A DNA stretch of 64,000 nt from Octopus vulgaris (Eukaryota). The translations under genes and the position numbers were made by a program. The stretch spans positions 163,308,001 through 163,372,000 of the forward strand of contig OX597814.1 in the NCBI GenBank assembly GCA_951406725.2, written 5' to 3'. Within the stretch, counting starts at the first letter, position 1. Each line of letters starts with the position of its first letter. The notes beneath the pieces were generated by a model. It worked only from the letters and a program-made list of their open reading frames with translations, was not told the DNA's origin and searched no databases. Of this stretch, positions 37,835 through 47,789 are shown in pieces.

Positions 37835-40800
37835 ACAAGCTTCTTTCGTCTTCCATCTATCAAATCTAAGTCAAGGCTTTAGTTGGTTTGAAGCCAACTG
37901 AAGTAGAAGACACTTGCCCAAGATGGGTATCCTTATTCACAGATTTGCTTAATGATGACTTTTTTCTAGGTTCATTCAGTAAGTAATGGATCATTATAGA
38001 AGTTTCATTACTGTGATAAAGTAATTACACTTTAATGGAAAAAAATTCATTAAAGGTAAATTGTTTCAATTAAATGCTATTAACTAGGTATTAAAGAACA
38101 GTAAAAAATTTGATTAAAGTTATACTGATGTTAGTGAAGGCATGTGGCCTAGTGATTAGGGTGCTATACTTACAACCATAAGATTGTGGTTTCAATTCCT
38201 GTGCCAGGCATGTGTTGTGTTGTTGTCCAAAACATTTCATTTCACATTACTCCTGTTTACTCAGCTATAAACCAGTCCCAGCAATAGCTAGGAAGTTAAT
38301 ATTGTGATGGGACCAGCTTACCATTCAGTGGGACTCTTATGACCTCAGTCACTTGTACACAATGGATATCAAATTTAAAAAAAAATTTTGGTCTTATGAG
38401 TCTAGGGCTTATACAGACTAGATTTGCAAACTAGACAAGTTACACCAGTAATTCAGGAAAATAATTATTTAAATATAAAAATAAACATACACAAGTATCT
38501 AAAATGAAGCACTTCATTATTTTTTCTTTGTCTTTTAGAGCATGTTTAGTATTGGCTTTAAGTTTACTAAAGAAATCTTGTGAAAAACAACTGTGCTTCC
38601 ATACTTTTGAAAATTGCAATCAGTAATACCTGTCCCATCCCTCAGAAAATGTACACACACACATCTTTTTGAGTAAAGATCCTATGCACTTTTCTAGTCA
38701 TTTAAGATCTGCAATAGTGGTTAAGCTATGCTTCACTGATAACGTCTAATGAGACCGACAGATGTCTAATATTGTCATAGCACTGCTAAAGATCAGACTC
38801 ACTCCACTCTGCATTCCATATTTAATTAATTTTGATTATTTGAAATCTCATTTTAAAAAAATATAAAAATTAGTCTTTTAGATTATGATTGTTCTCATCA
38901 CCAAGGGTACCATTTTTATTGATTAATTTTTTTTAGTTTATGACAACAAAGATGCTAGCCTCCACTTTACTACAATATTTGCTCTACTTGCTGATAAAGG
39001 AAAAAAAACTTAGTTATCAACTAAGATTGTTTTTCTTTTAATACATAGATTAACATACTTTGTTTAATATTCCAATCATTAAATATAGGTTCACTTAAAT
39101 AACTCTCTGCATTTACTCTAGAAATGTTTAAGCAGATTTTATATTGAGAAGCAAAGTAAAGTAAAATTATTCATTCTTTGCTGCATTTGTCCATTTGATT
39201 ATTCCATGTAATTGTAAAGAAACCATCATGATTCGGTTTCTACTACGAAGTCTCTTCTATATTATAGTCCTCCAGTTCCACTGAAGTCCTCGCAAGCAAA
39301 CTTCCATTTACAAGATTTTTATATGATGATAGCATTAAGCCTGTTTGTGAGGTAAATTTACTTATATCTTTGTGTAAAAATGTGATTTGAAGCATTTTTG
39401 ATGTACTTGTGTTGAAAGCTTCATAATGCTCTCAATGTTTTACAAAAATTATATTTCTCTTGGCATTTCTATTGTATATAAATCACATTTTGTCGGTCTT
39501 GGAGGGACTGCAAAAGTTACAGATTCAGCCTATCCTCATTAGTAATAAAAAAAAAAGGGACTTGAATTGGTCAAACTAAAATAATGTGCTTGTTGCTGGC
39601 ATTTCATTCAACATCGGAGAGTTACATATTATATGAGAAAATAGTTCTTAAAAGATAAAGCTAGAAGTTTGTTTGAATTGTTTTTGTTCTTTAAGCAGTT
39701 TATTAAATTGTTAAACATCGCAGAGATGGCCTGCTTGAAATAATGGGTTAGGACCTAAACTAGTTCAATGTTTTACTGCCGTGAGTTCAAGCCTCACAAG
39801 ATGACTTTGTGCAACACGATACCTCATGCAAAGAAACATTTCGGTGTTGCATTGTTGAGAGAAAAATGGTGAAAGTAGCAGTAAAGGTATTATTGTTGGC
39901 CATGCAAACAAAGCAAAAAACAAAGGTTTTAAATTTTTGAAAGTGGGTCTGTGATTGTTTTTCTATTTCAAATTGTTTTACAAATGTAAAACATTTACTA
40001 GTGTTTATATATGAAACTGCTGTGGGGTCATGACATAGACATTGAACGTGTATGTACATGCTTTGGTATGTATATGTATATGCATATATACATATATATT
40101 GGGTCATCCCATAAATAATGCGGATTTTTTTTTTTGAATTGCATGACTACCATTGGTTTCGTAGTTTACAGAATCATTTGGGGGACATAACTTTCGCAAG
40201 CCAGGAGGAGGTGGAAACTGACATTTCAGAGTTCTTCGCTTTGAAACCAAAAGAGTTTTACATTGATAGGATTAAAAAGCTTGTAGATAGATGGAAGGAA
40301 GTCATAGATAATCAGGGAAAGTACATTGATGATTAAATTTCAATTAAGTATAACATTTGTTCACTTGTTTTCTTTATTCAAAATTCGGACAGAAACTTAT
40401 GGGATGACCTAGTAGTTGAGACTGAATATAATGAAACTGAGGCTGACAATGACAAATTTGAGATTACCATTTTGACATTGATGTGATTGAGGGTGATAAC
40501 GTAGAATTTGAAAGGTAACTCTGTATATTACGTAAAAGAGGCATATTCTACCAAACATTTGAGAATCAATTATTACTACACAACTACACAAAATTCTGTA
40601 TTGATATATAATTGTGTTAATTGTAAAATGATAATTATGATGTGTAATTGAATGGTTTATAATATCTTCGTTATCAACAGTTTCATTTTAGCATTTGTTA
40701 TTATTGCTATTATTTAATCTAAACTAGCACTTGATTAGCAGACCAAGGGTTAGAATATTCCAACCTGATTTATATCCAGCGCTATATCTTCCAGTGTGTA

Positions 40801-43548
40801 CTTCCTTTTAGTTATGATTTGAGAGAGGTTTCAGTACTATTTCTAGCAAGTTGAATGCCTACATAGACGCTCTTGCACTGGATTGCTCCTCTGCAGTTTC
40901 TGAGTTTATTCTTTTATTCTTTTACTTGTTTTAGTCATTTGACTGCAGCCATGTTGGAGCACCACCTTTAGTCGAACAAATTGGCCCCAGGATTTATTCT
41001 TGGAAGTCTAGTACTTATTTTATCAGTCTTATTTACTGAACCATTAAGTTATAGGGACGTATACACACCAACATAGGTTGTGAAGCAATGGTGGGGAGGA
41101 CAAACACTGATACACAAATACGTACATATATATATGACGGGCTTCTTTCAGTTTCCGTCTACCAAGTCCACTCACAAGGCTTTGGTTGGCTTGGAAGCTA
41201 TAGTAAAAGACACTTGCCCAGGGTGCCAAGCAGTGGGACTGAACCCAGAACCATGTGATTGGGAAGCAAGCTTCTTACCACACAACCACTCCTGCGCTGT
41301 TGAATAAAGTAAATAAATTTTTGTGATGAAATAGTAATTTAATGAACAGCTTTTATTTTCACCTACCATTTGCTAAAGAAATATATATTATTGTCTTTCT
41401 ACCATTCTTTAATGGTGTGTGCAGGAGGCTGGGGTTAGAATTCATCTTTTGAAGGTATACAATGACATAATTTCAAGCTTTTTCTTCATGTTGGATTTTC
41501 ATATTTCTAAGAGCTTTACAAATTCTAGATTACCCCAGTCCATTTCATCTTGTGCTATAGATACATAAGGTTGGCAACAAAGTATTTAGCCCAGTTTTGT
41601 CTTTCAGCCACTTAATATTATACAGAAGCTGGAGATAAGGTAGCTTTATCTTAGCTGTTCAACCAATTCTCATTTGGTTTGGCTTTATTGTCTCATCTCA
41701 TGTTATGTTTAATTTTTATATCTCTCCTTCAACCTGAAAGTAACCAACACATAATGCTTTACTTCATCCAAATTATGTCATTTATTTTCTTAGATGCTGC
41801 TGCTATTACTATAAAAAAAATCTCCCAGTGTGTCTCATTCTCTGTTAACCTTTTCATTTATTAAGTTTATTTTGTTCATGTAATAGTAGATAGAATATTC
41901 TATTAGTAATTTTACTCGTGTATCTATCTTAAAATGAGCTGCTTGATGGAGGTCTGCGGAGGATGACATGACAACCTTGACTATTGGGATCAACTCAAAA
42001 AGCCCAGGCTTTGCTCCCTCCACTGCCGCTGTGAGCTCTATATCATCTGTATGATGTGGAAAATATTCCATCAACATTGTAAAACTGTATCGTCATCATT
42101 GTCGCTATCATCATCATCATCTTGCTTTAATGGATTTGACATTCAGTATCAGGATTCTTCACTATATCATTTAGTATTCACTTTTCCATGTTTGCATGTA
42201 TCTTCATCATCATCATCGTTTAACGTCCGCTTTCCATGCTAGCATGGGTTGGACGATTTTGACTGAGGGCTGGCGAACCAGATGGTTGCACTAGTTTCCA
42301 ATTTTGATTTGGCAGAGATTCTACTGCTGGATGCCCTTCCTAACGCCAACCACTCCGAGAATGTAATGGGCGCTTTTTACGTGCCACCGGCAGTGAATAA
42401 ATTTGGCAAACTGAAACTGTAAAAAGCCAGTCATGCAATATATTTTTAGTGTGTTTGTGTGTGTGTGTTCTCAATTTCACATTTGCTCAGTGGTTTTAGA
42501 CAAAACCACTGTTCATACAAGTGGTATAATTTGTTTGGCCTCTCTGGCCGTTGAGCTCTTTGTTGTTCAAAGTATCAGGATAAATGTTGTCTTGCTTGGA
42601 AACAGGCAATGGTTGGCAACAGGAAGAGAATCCAGCCTTCTGTTTTTCCATGCTAGCATTGGTTAGATGAATGAGGATTTTATTTGTGATAGTATTTTAT
42701 TCCCAGATGCCTCTCCTGTCACTAACCTTTGCAGGCTTTTCAAGTAGTGGATGTTTTTCATTATATTGCTGCTCAGAAGCATTGGTTTGTTATTATGTCA
42801 ACATAGGATGTAAGCATCATATTACTGATTCACTTAAATGTCAACATGCAAAGCCATGAAATGCCAACATCTGCACACATACACATGTGCATGGGTACAC
42901 ACACATATACAAAGTCGAAGGGGAGATAATTTTATGAATTAAGAATGTCTCAAAGTTAATTTATATTCCTCGGAGAAAGAGAGTTTTATCTTTGTTTGTA
43001 AGAAGGGGGTGTAACTATGGACATGTTTCAATCTATTAGATTTCATTAGCTTAAAATAGTCTACTAAATTCTGCTTGACAAAGATTTTTACATGAATTAA
43101 TGATAATTTTTAGGCCAGTAATATTTGTATAATTCAAAATCTTGTCAGGTCTTTTTTTTTTTTTCTTTTTTTGCAAATGCCATTCGATAGGGATCCCTAA
43201 AGAGATACAATAAGTTATTTTGTATGTATCGCTCAATGACATTCTTAATACTTTTACTGAAAATTACTTTTCCTTTAACACCGTTTTACATATTTAACAT
43301 ATGGTTCTTAAATTTCTTTTGCATTCATATACTGTTTTCTCTTACAGACACCACCTGAAAATAATGATATGTTTGAAATATTATCAATGGACAATGATAC
43401 CCAAGAGACAGATGTATCTCCATTTGTTCCTGGACCTATTGGTGCTGAAGGACCTTCTCCTTCTATATCAGATTTAGATGGCCTTGATGAAAACACTACT
43501 TCCATATCCAGTCCATTTCAATTGACTACTTCCGATCCAAATGGTTGA
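2372..43548 (+). CDS. DNTTIP1: DNTTIP1 (deoxynucleotidyltransferase terminal-interacting protein 1 / TdIF1; MiDAC HDAC1/2 complex subunit) orthologue, spliced gene model with 14 exons, ~1387 aa; 5' end not resolved
   Basis: Exons 2372-5240, 13056-13159, 13697-13802, 16111-16212, 18782-18880, 19903-19974, 21431-21459, 22952-23012, 24227-24285, 28102-28162, 31958-32082, 33476-33668, 39268-39351, 43348-43548. All have AG/GT boundaries and compatible phases. The translation contains DNTTIP1 hallmarks recognised from memory: SLDLIRQNLQRFINKEI..KFF (dimerisation domain), KKGRPP (AT-hook), KREGPKWDPERL..TLFVMGARANKALGFGATRGRLYIKHPELFKYSGDQDDKQWL..HHMPAIGGKAYILL and FKVPLWMLEKMK (C-terminal DNA-binding domain). 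Confidence 0.9.
5572..5915 (-). mobile_element. 3'-end fragment of RTE LINE with (GAT)n tail
   Basis: Reverse complement of the 3' end of the RTE copy at 26400-26758; (ATC)n run at 5572-5622. Confidence 0.85.
6235..7440 (+). mobile_element. Degenerate RTE LINE, 3' part (RT C-terminus, PHD-like finger remnant, (GAT)n tail)
   Basis: Collinear with 25380-26758 (tgtaggaaaggagtaggcagaaattccattcgg, ggcagtgagacatgg, taaatgatgatgat). Confidence 0.8.
8339..8399 (+). ncRNA. Minimal type I hammerhead ribozyme motif in a Penelope-like pLTR fragment (~8252-8437) set in (TA)n
   Basis: GATAA-CTGAAGA-stemII(GATG..GTGG-ATTT-CCAC..CATC)-GAAA-CTCAGAG-TT-TTATC. Stem I GATAA/TTATC, stem III ACT/AGT, cleavage triplet GUU (after 8394). 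Confidence 0.7.
9530..9740 (+). mobile_element. SINE family B copy
   Basis: aaggcagcaagctagcagaaacgttagc ... gagttcaaattccgctgaggtcgactttgcctttcatc. Confidence 0.85.
10010..10236 (-). mobile_element. SINE family B copy (inverted relative to 9530-9740)
   Basis: Reverse-complement match (ggatgaaaggcaaagtcgacctcagcggaatttgaactc). Confidence 0.85.
11495..11941 (-). mobile_element. SINE family A copy
   Basis: Near full-length reverse complement of 29080-29500, with an expanded internal (TA)n. Confidence 0.85.
12635..12815. mobile_element. Small foldback / MITE-like element with ~50-bp terminal inverted repeats, set in (TA)n
   Basis: ataataatgagggtctttgcaacaagttgcaagaccacatac.. / ..gtatgtggtctagcaacttgttgcaaagaccctcattgttat. 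Confidence 0.7.
13056..13159 (+). CDS. DNTTIP1: DNTTIP1 exon (PKPLSMRLQTLNNFPVSQAYKSAFRCHAGAISKAK)
   Basis: Acceptor tcttctatttcag|, donor |gtaaga; phase 0 in, phase 2 out, matching both neighbours. Confidence 0.75.
13697..13802 (+). CDS. DNTTIP1: DNTTIP1 exon, dimerisation domain part 1 (VACITSSTKSLDLIRQNLQRFINKEIDHVIQDYLK)
   Basis: ttccag| ... |gtaagc; resembles the SMDLLR..LQ..IN.EI motif of DNTTIP1. Confidence 0.9.
13995..15712 (-). mobile_element. 5'-truncated RTE-clade LINE (RT with GVHQGSVL..LLYADD, PHD-like finger, 3'UTR, tail)
   Basis: Minus-strand ORFs 15556-15762, 14928-15134 and 14416-14775 give RTE RT fragments (VQERRLRWYGHV..RPKKTW); frameshifts and stops present. Confidence 0.9.
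16111..16212 (+). CDS. DNTTIP1: DNTTIP1 exon, dimerisation domain part 2 (KFFNPGIENIRFNNGLNAVKDEHVQSVCQKILEE)
   Basis: tttacag| ... GAG|gtttgt; phase 0/0. Confidence 0.9.
16490..18390 (+). mobile_element. Degenerate L1/Tx1-like non-LTR retrotransposon 5' region: repeated leader + ORF1 (RRM-like region, CCHC zinc knuckle, K/E-rich tail)
   Basis: ORF1 fragments KRTVIYKTL..YSTVEVRFTSEEEA, VVRVRVGKVPPEL and MEGRPPICNLCGKKGHMKVRCP (C-x2-C-x4-H-x4-C at ~17930-17972); in-frame stops; no ORF2 seen. Confidence 0.65.
18782..18880 (+). CDS. DNTTIP1: DNTTIP1 exon (AKKMYVPDRQNIKYDKAPVENVSQLITAGSSKR)
   Basis: Long poly-T tract + ctcag| ... CGA|gtaagt; continues ILEE-AKKMY as expected; phase 0/0. Confidence 0.88.
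19903..19974 (+). CDS. DNTTIP1: DNTTIP1 exon (STVNRKRRSSDTDSDIAIPVQKKK), basic NLS-like segment
   Basis: tttatttcag| ... AAG|gtaaag; phase 0/0. Confidence 0.85.
21431..21459 (+). CDS. DNTTIP1: DNTTIP1 29-nt micro-exon encoding the AT-hook core (KKGRPPTHSG)
   Basis: ttttcacag|AAAAAAGGCCGTCCCCCAACACATTCTGG|gtaagt; needed to restore phase between the flanking exons. Confidence 0.85.
21559..21776. mobile_element. piggyBac-like MITE (related copies at ~12030-12265, 13320-13505, 18940-19420, 22020-22207)
   Basis: ccctttcgttac ... gtaataaaaggg-TTAA ends; the internal segment attaagctag..ggaacataaatt recurs in the other copies, several ending in (g/a)ggttaa. Confidence 0.55.
22952..23012 (+). CDS. 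DNTTIP1: DNTTIP1 exon (RVTPQKSMRSVEPLKREGPK)
   Basis: tttcttag| ... AAG|gtaagc; contains the conserved P.KREGPK motif. Confidence 0.9.
23495..23945 (+). mobile_element. Two tandem SINE family B copies
   Basis: gaaggtggcgagctggcagaa... and gaaggaagcaagctggcagaa..., each with a B box and the central domain. Confidence 0.8.
24227..24285 (+). CDS. DNTTIP1: DNTTIP1 exon (WDPERLISETLFVMGARANK)
   Basis: tttcag| ... AA|gtaagt; conserved WDP.RL...T.FV.G.RANK motif. Confidence 0.92.
24455..26758 (+). mobile_element. RTE-clade LINE, longest copy (RT, PHD-like insert, 3'UTR tandem repeats, (GAT)n tail); pseudogenised
   Basis: ORFs 24677-25012 (KTGKPPGPSGI..NYRGLKLL), 25046-25276 (AFIDMEKAFDRV), 25511-25741 and 26029-26292 (RRLRLYGHV..GRGRPRRIW..DRDLWR). 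Confidence 0.93.
28102..28162 (+). CDS. DNTTIP1: DNTTIP1 exon (ALGFGATRGRLYIKHPELFK)
   Basis: ttctttag| ... AAA|gtaagt; highly conserved DNTTIP1 motif. Confidence 0.93.
29080..29500 (+). mobile_element. SINE family A, full-length copy
   Basis: ggcacaggagtggctgtgtgg head to aagtaaaagtgtaaagagtaaga tail. Confidence 0.88.
29647..30175 (+). mobile_element. 3' end of a second RTE-like LINE family with three C-terminal C2H2 zinc fingers
   Basis: DRSRWRRIVHEG.., CNVCARPCLSKAGLKSHLRSH, CRACGRECNSAGGLK*RAKVH, CQFCTRHCRSLAGLKSHIRSQH, stop at 30118-30120, then a short 3'UTR. Confidence 0.75.
30780..31884 (-). mobile_element. Defective IS630/Tc1/mariner element with TIRs and transposase remnant, interrupted by SINE B (~31131-31355)
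   Basis: TIRs cagggtgttcaggctaaatttga / tcaaatttagtctgaacattctt with TA flanks; minus-strand NFWPPNSLYCNSIDYNVWG is a degenerate WPPSSPDLNPLDY..WG motif. Confidence 0.8.
31958..32082 (+). CDS. DNTTIP1: DNTTIP1 exon (YSGDQDDKQWLFDNHHMPAIGGKAYILLYNDIENLANTDEYR)
   Basis: tttacag| ... CG|gtaagt; conserved D..DK.WL...HHM...GGKAY.L motif. Confidence 0.93.
33476..33668 (+). CDS. DNTTIP1: DNTTIP1 exon (ENPNVILTELVLFKVPLWMLEKMKIQMNALRTDLPKTK...VVQ)
   Basis: ttctacag| ... CAG|gtaaat; conserved F.VP.WM.EKM motif that ends the DNTTIP1 core. Confidence 0.9.
33900..36470 (+). mobile_element. Old, highly degenerate RTE LINE with a younger RTE 3'-end derivative inserted in the opposite orientation (~34952-35445)
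   Basis: ORF 34675-35010 (KVGVHQDLVLSLLLF..ELLYVDEL); collinear remnants continue to the ttaggaagggcatccag 3' end. Confidence 0.75.
38138..38410 (+). mobile_element. tRNA-derived SINE, family C (second copy on the minus strand at ~54120-54375)
   Basis: ggcatgtggcctagtgattagg ... ggtttcaattcctg head; actcagct and gtgatgggaccag segments shared with the 54 kb copy. Confidence 0.6.
39268..39351 (+). CDS. Candidate (possibly cassette) exon SSSSTEVLASKLPFTRFLYDDSIKPVCE
   Basis: tctcttctatattatag| ... GAG|gtaaat; 84 nt, open in frame, phase 0/0, in non-repetitive sequence. No homology evidence. Confidence 0.55.
40099..40412 (+). mobile_element. mariner internal-deletion derivative (314 bp) retaining the transposase C-terminus
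   Basis: TIRs ttgggtcatcccataa / ttatgggatgacctag, TA on both sides; ORF DYHWFRSLQNHL..FF..KPKEFY..I.KLVDRW.EVIDNQGKYIDD. Confidence 0.9.
40915..41297 (-). mobile_element. SINE family A copy
   Basis: Reverse complement of the family consensus. Confidence 0.85.
42205..42392 (-). mobile_element. RTE 3'-end fragment with (GAT)n tail
   Basis: catcatcatcgtttaacgtccgctttccatgctagcatggg... Confidence 0.85.
43348..43548 (+). CDS. Terminal coding exon, acidic/Pro-rich tail (TPPENNDMFEILSMDND...TTSDPNG*)
   Basis: ttttctcttacag| acceptor, phase 0, 66 codons then TGA at 43546-43548, followed by U-rich 3'UTR-like sequence. Confidence 0.75.
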   Translation, partial: TPPENNDMFEILSMDNDTQETDVSPFVPGPIGAEGPSPSISDLDGLDENTTSISSPFQLTTSDPNG

Positions 43549-44746
43549 ATTTTTTTTTGCTTATTTTTTTTGTTGTTTTTTTTTTCCATTGAGTGATCCT
43601 CTTGGTTGACTCCTAACAAAAAGCACCAACTTCAGTCACAATTAAACTGACTGACTGATCCTATTTTTCTAAATTTATTCAAAGTTCATGTTGGTGCTAT
43701 CATGTTTTCTATGCTATGGATCTAAATGGAACTGACTTGGGACTCAGGGCTGCAACTGACATCAACAAACTCCTGCATATTTAGTGTGCGATGAAATTCA
43801 ATATGAAGTCTATGATAATCTCTTATCTCCATGCAGCCGTTGTTGGGTGATCACAAGCATAAAACAAACTTTTGAAAAGACAGAACAAATTTTGTTTCTC
43901 TCCTATTTGTAATTATTGTTTCCTGTGTACTCAAGTTTAATCTTAACCTTTTATTGAAAGACAAAGAAAAAATATGCCTTTATTTTTAAAATTCTATTTT
44001 CTTTCTAGGAAAAAAATATTGTAATTAATAGGCATGCAGACTTTTGGGAAAAAGCATTTTTAAGCAACTGTTGTTTGTTTTATATTTTATCTCTAAAATG
44101 ATATATAAAAGAAATGAAATGAATATTGTTTTTAAATATTTGTTTTAAATTGTTTTTCTTTTCCATATTATTTGAGGTAGGACAAAGATTTTACTTTGAA
44201 CATATTAACTTTTACAGAGTTTGCTATTTACCACTTCAGAAGAAGCCAGAAGATATATTTGTTGTTGTAATAGTCTCAAAGAAAAAAGAAAAGAAAGAAA
44301 GCAATGAAAATATTAAACCTACTGATAGAGCTTCATACTTAAGCACTTACACTTGTATATTACAAGACACAAAAGAGCAAATACCATTTGAAGCATTAAA
44401 TTGAATGAAAAAAATTTAACGAACAGCATTCCATCATTTGCAAATGTTGTGAGCCAAAAGGAACCTCTCTAAGAGAAGGATGCACAAGGTGTCAAAAAAG
44501 ACAACAGTCTCATTTCTTTCTTTTTTTTAAATGATTAATCAGAAAGAAAGGCAGTTCCAGTAACCCTTTTCAGAAACTCCAAGGCTGGTGGGAGGAAGAT
44601 ATCTTCAAACTGAAGACCTAGCCCAAATGCTTGCAGGAGAATAGACTCCATTGAAAGTACTCAAAGGCTAGGAGGTAGTGTTAAAGATTAACAACTTATC
44701 TAGAAATAAGAAGGAGAAAGGTAATATACCTTTGTTTATCAATAAA
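43549..44746 (+). other. Probable 3'UTR of DNTTIP1 with candidate poly(A) signals (ATTAAA 44395-44400, AATAAA 44741-44746)
   Basis: U-rich unique sequence after the stop codon; the hexamers are present but the real end is unknown. Confidence 0.3.
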
Positions 44747-45030
44747 ATAAAAAGAGAAGAAAACTATAGTGGGTTTCCAGATACCCTCAAAAGCAGAGTT
44801 GGAAGAAGGCCTGGCTAATGTATTGTTACAGGGCAGACCATATGGGAGCATGTGCCTCATTTTTAAGACTGAGGAGACAGGCAGATCTGTAGTACCCCAT
44901 ACCTGCTCTCATACTGATGCAATGGAAGTATTATATCCAGAGATATTTGTATTGATGTTGACTTGTCATTATCTTTGTGACATCATATAGGCAAGTGGTT
45001 CACATGGAGATGACATATGGTTAGGCAGAT
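44740..45030 (+). mobile_element. Possible degenerate Tx1/L1-like ORF1 fragment
   Basis: GRPYGSMCLIFKTEE..EVLYPEIF loosely parallels RRRYSTVEVRFTSEE..VLLPTY of the 17.5-kb element. Confidence 0.3.
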
Positions 45031-45653
45031 TCTGATAGTCTCTGAAGGCTATGAGGCTATTCTTCGACTATACCCCTAAACTCTATTAAAAGTTTCAAAA
45101 AGGATATGAGTCTGCCTGTTGATATCAAGTCGATAGCTTAGTTACTACACGTGTAGTGGTAGTTAAAGCCAGTCAAGGAACTTGTAATTAGAAGAGCAAA
45201 AAAAAAAACAGAGAGAGAGGTCAGCAAATATGAGGAACAATTCCAACAAATTCCAGAAGTGAAGACCATGGCTAATATCATCACTTTTTCCAGAATATCA
45301 CCAGTCTTAGCTTCTGAAGAAAAGGAAATCCATTTGTATTAAATGTGTGCAGATATATGTATATTATGTACATCTCTACACATACTTTGCATTGTATGTA
45401 TTGGACCATGTGGTCAATAAAAGAATAATTATAGAGTGGTGTATTGACAGAACTGTTAGAGCATAGGAAAAGATACCTTGTGGTATTTCTTCCAACCCTT
45501 TACATTCTGTGTTCAAATCCTACCAAAGTTAAATTTGTCTTTAATCCCTCCAGGGTTGATAAAATAAAGTACCAGTCATGTAGTGGGGTGGGATGGGTCA
45601 GTGGTATTGACTAATCTTCTCTCCCTCAAAATTCTATCAAATTTTGAAACAAT

Positions 45654-46032
45654 TATTACCGCTGCCAAGGAAGGAGGTTATGTTTTCGTCGGCGTTGGTT
45701 TGTCCGTCTGTGTGCAAAATAACTCAAAAAGATGTGAATGGTATTTGATGAAACTTGCAGGAAAAGTTGCTAATGACACAAGGAACAGATGATGAAATTT
45801 TGGTAGTGGTCCAGGAATATTTATGGATTCTTGAACGATTTTTCATTTGTTATATTTACTTTACATGAAGTATACAATGTTATGTTCTTTGATTATCTCC
45901 CTTGAAAACACGTTCATCGTTTCCACGTAAACTATAGTGGCGTTGCTGTTTCCAAAGTTTATTTTCGTTTATCTATAAGTAATTTTACTCATGTATCTAT
46001 CTTAAAATGAGCTACTTGGCAGAGGTCTGCGG
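45654..46032 (+). mobile_element. Helentron-associated non-autonomous element (HINE/DINE-like); a short second copy lies at ~46884-47005
   Basis: 5' tattaccgctgccaaggaaggaggttatgttttc..ggtttgtccgtctg; 3' cttggcagaggtctgc. The second copy ends gcggaggtctgtgctctgtgaatgcttttctact. Confidence 0.6.
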
Positions 46033-46518
46033 AGGATGACATGACAACCTTGACTATTTGGATCAACTCAAAAAGCTCAGGCTTTGCTCCCTCCACCGCC
46101 GCTGTGAGCTCTATATCATCTGTATGATGTGGAAAATATTCCATCAACATTGCCCATCTTTAAAATTTGTCCGAGGCTTGGACCTCGTGCCATCCGTCCA
46201 CTACAGAAATGTTTGTAGTGTATCACAACACTATGACAGAACTATTTCACCTCAATTAGCCCTGCTCTCTTCAACATCGTGCCAGACACACATAAAGGAG
46301 GAAAGTGACTTCACGGCATTCAAACGATCCCTAGATGATTACCCCCAACAAATACCAGATAAACCACCCACACCCAGATATGTCTCTGAAAACAATAACC
46401 CTCTGCTTGAATGGGTTACGGTTCCCCAGAGCTGACCGTGTATCTCTTCCAGGTGGTGCTATTAAATTAGACATGGCCTGAGTCAACTTCGGCCGAAACT
46501 TATCTAAGTAATCTAATC
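46033..46518 (+). mobile_element. CR1/L2-group LINE 3' end
   Basis: DQLKKLRLCSLHRRCELYIICMMWKI ... FKRSLDDYPQQIPDKPPTPRY..NNPLLEW, then a short 3'UTR and an atctaa(gt) tail. Confidence 0.75.
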
Positions 46519-47034
46519 AATGCTGTAACCTTTTAATCAAAGCATCACAACATGGGTAGAGGCTGATATCTTAACATTTCTAATGGTCTTAAGTATAAAA
46601 AAAATTATTAAAGATTTATATAGAACTACATTCAGAGTATGTCTATAAGTTATTGTGTTTAGACCTGGTTTCTATCCTAAAACTTCTGTTTTGTAGATGC
46701 AATTTTTTTATTTTTTAATAAAGCACTCTGAAATTAGAAAAATCAAAAATCTGCAACAAACTCCATCCCATGAGTATCGGATAATGGATTTTCAAGTGAG
46801 TAAATAAATTGATTGTGGTTTTGACAGTGATTGTGGTGAAAGCAGAGATAGTATTGATGATGACGATGGTCAGGATACGTATGGGAGGAGGTTATGTTTT
46901 TGCCAGCGTTGGTTTGGGAAATTGGGCGATTTTCCACATGCATGTATATGGGTGGAAATAAACTGCTTCGCGGAGGTCTGTGCTCTGTGAATGCTTTTCT
47001 ACTTATAATTATTGTCACCGGTTTGATTTCCACT

Positions 47035-47420
47035 CATTTTACTCTTTTACTTGTTTCAGTCATTTGACTGCGGCCTTTAATCGAGCAACTCGACCCCAGG
47101 ACTTATTCTTTTGTAAGCCCAGTACTTATTCTATCGGTCTCTTTTGCCGAACCGCTAAGTAACGGGGACATGAACACACCAGCATCGGTTGTCAAGCAAT
47201 GCTAGGGGGACAAACACAGACACACAAACACACACACGCATATATATATACATATATATGACGGGCTTCTTTCAGTTTCCATCTACCAAATCCACTCACA
47301 AGGCTTTGGTCGGCCCAAGGCTATAGTAGAAGACACTTGCCCAAGGTGCCACGCAGTGGGACTGAACCCGGAACCATGTGGTTGGTAAACAAGCTACTTA
47401 CCACACAGCCACTCCTGCAC
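47035..47420 (-). mobile_element. SINE family A copy
   Basis: Reverse complement of the family consensus with little divergence. Confidence 0.88.
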
Positions 47421-47789
47421 CTATTTTTACTTATTTTTGCTAAAATTTTTGTTGTGTCTTGCAACCTTTTCAATAGTTGTTGACTCTGTCCATTATCAGA
47501 GTGTTCTTTTTCTTTATTTGTGCACAAGTGTATACATGTATGTATGTGTATGCATGTGTTTACGTTTGTATGTATTCTGTTTATTCATGTGTTTGTGTGT
47601 GTACTTCTGTCTCCTTATGTGTCTATGTGTATGGTTTTGTGTGACTATGTACGTGCATCTCTTATGTATGGTTGTGTGTTTCCATATGTGTCCTTGTGTG
47701 CTTGTCTGTCCATATTACCTATATACTTATCTATCTCTCAATCTGTCTGTTTACTTTCATATCCATTTACCTAAACACATATATATAGA

